From the NCBI GenBank assembly GCA_049472315.1, contig JBLIRN010000020.1, forward strand, positions 1 through 53,701: 53,701 bases of DNA, given 5' to 3'. The DNA is from a bacterium. Its GTDB lineage: Bacteria > SZUA-182 > DTGQ01 > JAFGSM01. Shown here piece after piece: positions 49,343 through 53,701 of this stretch; the stretch's first letter is position 1, and every line of letters starts with the position of its first letter. The position numbers were made by a program, and so were the translations under genes. Below the pieces are notes generated by a model that was not told the origin of the DNA, made no database searches, and saw only the letters and a list, made by a program, of their open reading frames with translations.

Positions 49343-49956
49343 GGTACCATCCTCCCCGTGTGTTTTGATTGTTCCGATGATGCAGAGATTTTAAGGCATC
49401 TATTTCCATGAATTGTCCACCTCCTGTTGAGCCTTTTTCTTTTTGTATTCTCTACCCTTATAGACGTAAAAAAGAAGTGGCTTTCCCCCATCGGGTATCG
49501 AATTGGGCTGCGCAGTAATTTTTTAGGGCAGGAGGACTGAGGGATTTTTCACTTTTCTATATAGGCATGGTAAAGGGGAAAAAGGTGCCTTTTTTTGTGT
49601 ATCGATAGGGAAGATGGTGAAACAATGCCTTTAGGTAAACCCAGCATAGTCACGATGCCGTGAATGCTGGTGAAAATCGGTGGCATCTTGACAGGAGTGG
49701 ATGCATATCACCCCATCGGGGCTGCCCGGTCAGGGAGGCAACTATCAGAGAGATCCTCGATTGTCTCCTGTCCGTAAAGTATCGCTTCCTTTAGGGTCTG
49801 TATGCTAATTGAAATTGAAGCCAATCAACTTTTCTTGGTGCACACGTAGTATTGGTTGGTCATCCTCCGGTACTTATTTATCCGTCATGCGGGAATGGGC
49901 GAGGTTCCCCGTTATCCGGTGCGAGGCAAAGGTGCAAGACTTGCACTGATGACGCA

Positions 49957-50928
49957 TTAGTAGAATACCCAACAACGTGTATCCCCTCGGTTGCGGAAGA
50001 TGAAATTGTACTGAGCAAGATCCTCCGGCGTGAGCACGATCTGCTGTTCGGTGCCGCGCAGGTTGTTAAATCCGATGACATTGGTATGGATGACGGGGAA
50101 GGGCACCGCATTGGGATCATCCCTCGTATCGGTCAGCTCGATGGCGCATACATCCACCACATCCGGGGTGTCGCTTATAAGACGGATCCTGTTCCCTATG
50201 ACGTAATTGAAGGCGATATGTTCGGCACCGGGGTTTCCCCAGCGAAAATCCGCATACAGCACAATACCGGTGCCGTTGTAGCCGCCGCAGTCATCCTCTT
50301 TAACGAAGAGGATTCCATCGATTGCATTATGGGATACGAGGTTGCACGTGATGGATCCACCGGACCGTTCGCCCAGAAGGATCCCGATGCCTCCGCCGGA
50401 TGCGGTGCTCAGGTCCCTGATGACGTTATGGCGGATTATCCAGTTGCTTCCATGCCAGTTCGAGATCCCCTGGATGGGGTTCAGCATCGAGCAATGCGAC
50501 ACCGTAACATTATCGGCCCCCCTGCTGAAGACGGGGAATTCCACGTTCTCGAATCGCAGGTGGCTGATTTCCGCGCCGCTTCCGGCACCATCACCTTCAA
50601 AGAAGAATCCGATCGTTAACGGCGGTTCCGGCCTCAGCAAGGGCCCGCAATCGATCACCGCATCGCATTTCCCCTGGATTTTGACTGCCTTCGTTATTAC
50701 AGCGCCGCAGTGACTTCCCGGCCCCACCTTGATGGTGTCTCCATCCCTGACCAGATCGCTGTCGATCGCTTCCTGAATCGTGGAGAAGTCTTGTGGCACA
50801 TGGTACACCCTGGCCCTGGAGAAGTCTCGCGGTGCATGGTGCCCCCTGGCCAAGGCAGGGGAAGAAATAACCAGCAATGAAGTTGCCAGGATGCCTGCTA
50901 TGATGGCTATGCTACAGTGTCGTTTCAT
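49957..50928 (-). CDS. Exported parallel beta-helix (pectin lyase-like) protein
   Basis: VP.D..TIQEAID......DTI.V.PG cap; Asn-ladder I..N.I repeats; signal peptide (ALA); start ATG 50928. Confidence 0.78.
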   Translation of the reverse strand: MKRHCSIAIIAGILATSLLVISSPALARGHHAPRDFSRARVYHVPQDFSTIQEAIDSDLVRDGDTIKVGPGSHCGAVITKAVKIQGKCDAVIDCGPLLRPEPPLTIGFFFEGDGAGSGAEISHLRFENVEFPVFSRGADNVTVSHCSMLNPIQGISNWHGSNWIIRHNVIRDLSTASGGGIGILLGERSGGSITCNLVSHNAIDGILFVKEDDCGGYNGTGIVLYADFRWGNPGAEHIAFNYVIGNRIRLISDTPDVVDVCAIELTDTRDDPNAVPFPVIHTNVIGFNNLRGTEQQIVLTPEDLAQYNFIFRNRGDTRCWVFY

Positions 50929-51343
50929 CGTAAACCCCCTTGTGATAATTTTGACCAACCAGTTGGTGCCATGGAATTCGGATGAGTTGTCCCGTTTTGA
51001 TCGCCACAGGCGTGTTGCATGGTGTCCATTGTTACACCTCATCTTTCATATCCCATGTGCTCAGGATTTCTGTGTGTTCACATGAGGCTGGTCATCATGA
51101 ACGATCATGGGCACACATGATATGCTACGCAAACAATAACGATGCGCCGGTATGTGCCGGATGAAAAAGGGTACGCCCTTGATGACGGACAAACCAAGAA
51201 GGGTAAAACATGATGGAAGGAAACACCTTTTCTTTATTAAGTATACCGCTCTCTCGAGGATATTGTCAAAAGGGCCGTTTAATGGTCCTTTAGGCCGTTT
51301 ATATCATGCTGATGTGTTCGTGAAAAGGGTTGCATGCTGCTGC

Positions 51344-53701
51344 TCACTCCTTGTCCATGTCCCTTGTCAGGGTTTCGTAGAGGGATTTCAGCAGCGGCGT
51401 TTGCCTCTGGGATTCCTCCCAGGTGGTGACCAGGCAGGTTGCCCCGTTCGTGTGCAGGGTGATCGCCCCGTGGAGGTCCGTCCGATAGATCATGGTGGGC
51501 AGTGATTGAATCCGTTTGATGGTGGAGGGGGCGGGCAGCGGATACCAACTGTTCCGTCTGGTGGAGAGGACGGTTATCCGGGGTGACACCGCCCTCAGAA
51601 ACGGCAGGGTGCCTGAATGTTTGCTCCCGTGGTGCGGGGCCTTGAGCACGGTGGAGGCAAGCACCCCTTCCGGCAGCCGGTCAACCAGGTATCGCTCCGC
51701 CTCCTTCTCGATGTCGCCGGTAAACAGGAGCGAGACATCGTGGAAGGTGACCTTGAGGACCATGGAATGATTGTTGATCCGGCTGTTCTCCCCTCGCGGG
51801 CTTACGATCGATTCCCTATCGGGCGGATGCAGGCAGAGGATCCCCACTGTGGGGGAAATGGGTATCCGGTCGCCGGGCTTGAGCACCCGTTCCCTGGTCC
51901 CCTGCGCGGCCATGAGTGCAGCAAGCTCCCTGTAGCGCTTATCGCTGCGCGCGGCCTCTGCAACCCATACCTCCTCGACAGGAAAATTTCTGAGCACGGC
52001 AAAGAGCCCGTTCAGGTGATCCGGATGGGGGTGGCTGACGGCCACGGCGCGGATCCGTGTTACCCCCTTGGACCACAGAAAGGGCGTGAGGACCAGCTCT
52101 CCGATATCGAATGTATGATCGTAAGTGCCGCCGCCGTCGATGATGATGTTTTGTCCTTCCGGGCATCGAATGAGCGCCGCATCCCCCTTCCCCACATCCA
52201 TGAAGGTCACCTCCATGGTATCCCCCGACGGAACGGATGGAAGGAGAATGGTCTTTACCGGAAAGAAGGAGATGAGCACCAGGAGGGATATGCCCAGAAA
52301 AGGGGCAAGCCGTGATCTTCGGCGAACATATGCCCATACCGCACAGCCCAGGGCAAGATAGAAGAGCATGATGCCCCACACTGGAGGGGATGGGACGGGA
52401 AGGAAGGTCCAGGATCGGGTGCCCAGGTACGAGAGCATCGTGAGCAGCATGCGGATACCGAATCCGCTCGCAGCCATGAGGGGACGGGCCAGGGAGTGAT
52501 GGATGGGGATACACAGGGTGGCGATGAGCCCTCCAGGGACAATGAGGCTCAAAAGGGGCAGGATGAGGGGGGTGATGAGGACCCCTCCCGGTGAGAGATA
52601 GTGAAAATACATGGCGCACAGGGGAGCGGTGATGACAACGGCCGCCGTGGACACGAAAAACAGGTCGAACCCCCTGCGTATCCAGGGATGCCCGGCAAGA
52701 AGGGGAGGGTGATAGCGAATCGCTGCGATCACCCCCAGGGTTGCAAGAAAGGTGAACTGAAAATCGATCGCAAGGATGGAGAGGGGCCGCCACAGGAGGA
52801 TGACCAGCGCCGCCCAGGCCAGGGTGGTGAAATACTCGTGCAGGCGATCGAAGAAGTACGCCACAAGGTAGAGTGCGATCATGATCAACGCCCGCACGGT
52901 TGACAGCCTCATCCCGGTGAGCAGGGTATAGAAGGAGAGGGGGAGAACGGCAACCAGGGACATCACCCGCGAATACGGGGTGATGCGTGACATGGCTGCA
53001 AGCCATTTCACCGGTATGGCCCTTTTCCCCAAGCGTATCAGGGCGAGACAGAAAAGGAGCACGAACCCCAGGTGGAGGCCGGATACGGCAAGCAGGTGCA
53101 TGGTCCCGGTGCGCTGAAAGGCCCGGGTGACCGGCGGGGGGATATACCCCCGTTCCCCCAGGACAAGGGCGTTGAAGACCGCCGCGGCCTCCTCATCGTG
53201 TATGGCTGACTCGGCGAGGCGGGAGGCCTCCCTCCTGAGACGGATGATCCCACTGATGATCCCCTGTGATGTGTCGAGCCTCTCAATCTTTTCCTTGTTG
53301 CTTATCGAACCGGTGGCATATATTCCCCGCCGCTCGAGATGCCGGCGATAGTTGAACGTGTTCTCGTTGCGGAATCCGACAGGCCGGCGAAGGTTGGTCG
53401 ATGCGGTGATGCGATCCCCATAATCGAAATCCGTGTGCACGTCGTACAGGTTCAAGTAAACCCCTCCCCTGACCGGAAGAGGTGGTTCATTGGGGGATAT
53501 CATGAGAGAATCAACTGCAACAGCGAGCCTTTCCCGTCCGGGAAGGGCCCGTTTGGGCTTACAAATGACGCCGGAGATGGTGCAGGGGAGACGTCCCCGA
53601 ACGTAGTGAAGGAGGTGATGCTGATCCCCTTCAAGGAGCCCGGGATGGGAGTATGAGGGGGCGAAGAAACCGAATAAGAAGAACACTCCTCCCACAAGGA
53701 T
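51344..53701 (-). CDS. comEC: DNA internalization competence protein ComEC/Rec2, 5' end outside the window
   Basis: G..HLLAVSGLH, RA..M, FQFTF, DVGKGD, SHPHPDH, LFTGDIE, HHGS. Confidence 0.95.
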   Translation of the reverse strand: MLVGGVFFLFGFFAPSYSHPGLLEGDQHHLLHYVRGRLPCTISGVICKPKRALPGRERLAVAVDSLMISPNEPPLPVRGGVYLNLYDVHTDFDYGDRITASTNLRRPVGFRNENTFNYRRHLERRGIYATGSISNKEKIERLDTSQGIISGIIRLRREASRLAESAIHDEEAAAVFNALVLGERGYIPPPVTRAFQRTGTMHLLAVSGLHLGFVLLFCLALIRLGKRAIPVKWLAAMSRITPYSRVMSLVAVLPLSFYTLLTGMRLSTVRALIMIALYLVAYFFDRLHEYFTTLAWAALVILLWRPLSILAIDFQFTFLATLGVIAAIRYHPPLLAGHPWIRRGFDLFFVSTAAVVITAPLCAMYFHYLSPGGVLITPLILPLLSLIVPGGLIATLCIPIHHSLARPLMAASGFGIRMLLTMLSYLGTRSWTFLPVPSPPVWGIMLFYLALGCAVWAYVRRRSRLAPFLGISLLVLISFFPVKTILLPSVPSGDTMEVTFMDVGKGDAALIRCPEGQNIIIDGGGTYDHTFDIGELVLTPFLWSKGVTRIRAVAVSHPHPDHLNGLFAVLRNFPVEEVWVAEAARSDKRYRELAALMAAQGTRERVLKPGDRIPISPTVGILCLHPPDRESIVSPRGENSRINNHSMVLKVTFHDVSLLFTGDIEKEAERYLVDRLPEGVLASTVLKAPHHGSKHSGTLPFLRAVSPRITVLSTRRNSWYPLPAPSTIKRIQSLPTMIYRTDLHGAITLHTNGATCLVTTWEESQRQTPLLKSLYETLTRDMDKE

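Overview
Moderately GC-rich chromosomal window, probably from an anaerobic diderm bacterium (deltaproteobacteria-like or candidate phylum; inference). Housekeeping and metabolic genes include rtcA, tatB/A-tatC-moeA, ferredoxin-aor-TPR, a GldAFG/DUF4340-type ABC system, degQ, a short sigma-70 factor, a CDP-alcohol phosphatidyltransferase, pfpI and a partial comEC. They are interleaved with an unusually dense set of large exported proteins: two S8 subtilases, a C1 protease lipoprotein, beta-propeller, vWA and beta-helix proteins, and Gly/Tyr-rich low-complexity proteins. Main observations: (i) seven exported-protein loci each carry a sigma-54-type -24/-12 box; (ii) several of these proteins carry Gly/Tyr- or Ser/Pro/aromatic-rich low-complexity modules, suggesting an undescribed extracellular matrix or sheath system; (iii) a 1969-aa ORF looks like a polyprotein (surface protein, internal CFI-box/TM/basic sorting signal, second signal-like helix, TPR/beta-barrel) followed by a FecR-domain gene; (iv) the tripeptide DPN is strongly enriched in exported proteins; (v) a non-autonomous TIR-bounded element contains 54-bp hairpin repeats; (vi) a candidate structured RNA lies upstream of rtcA; (vii) an AT-rich methyltransferase lies next to a comM remnant. 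I found no rRNA, tRNA, CRISPR array or intact transposase. All calls come from manual motif recognition; no searches were run.
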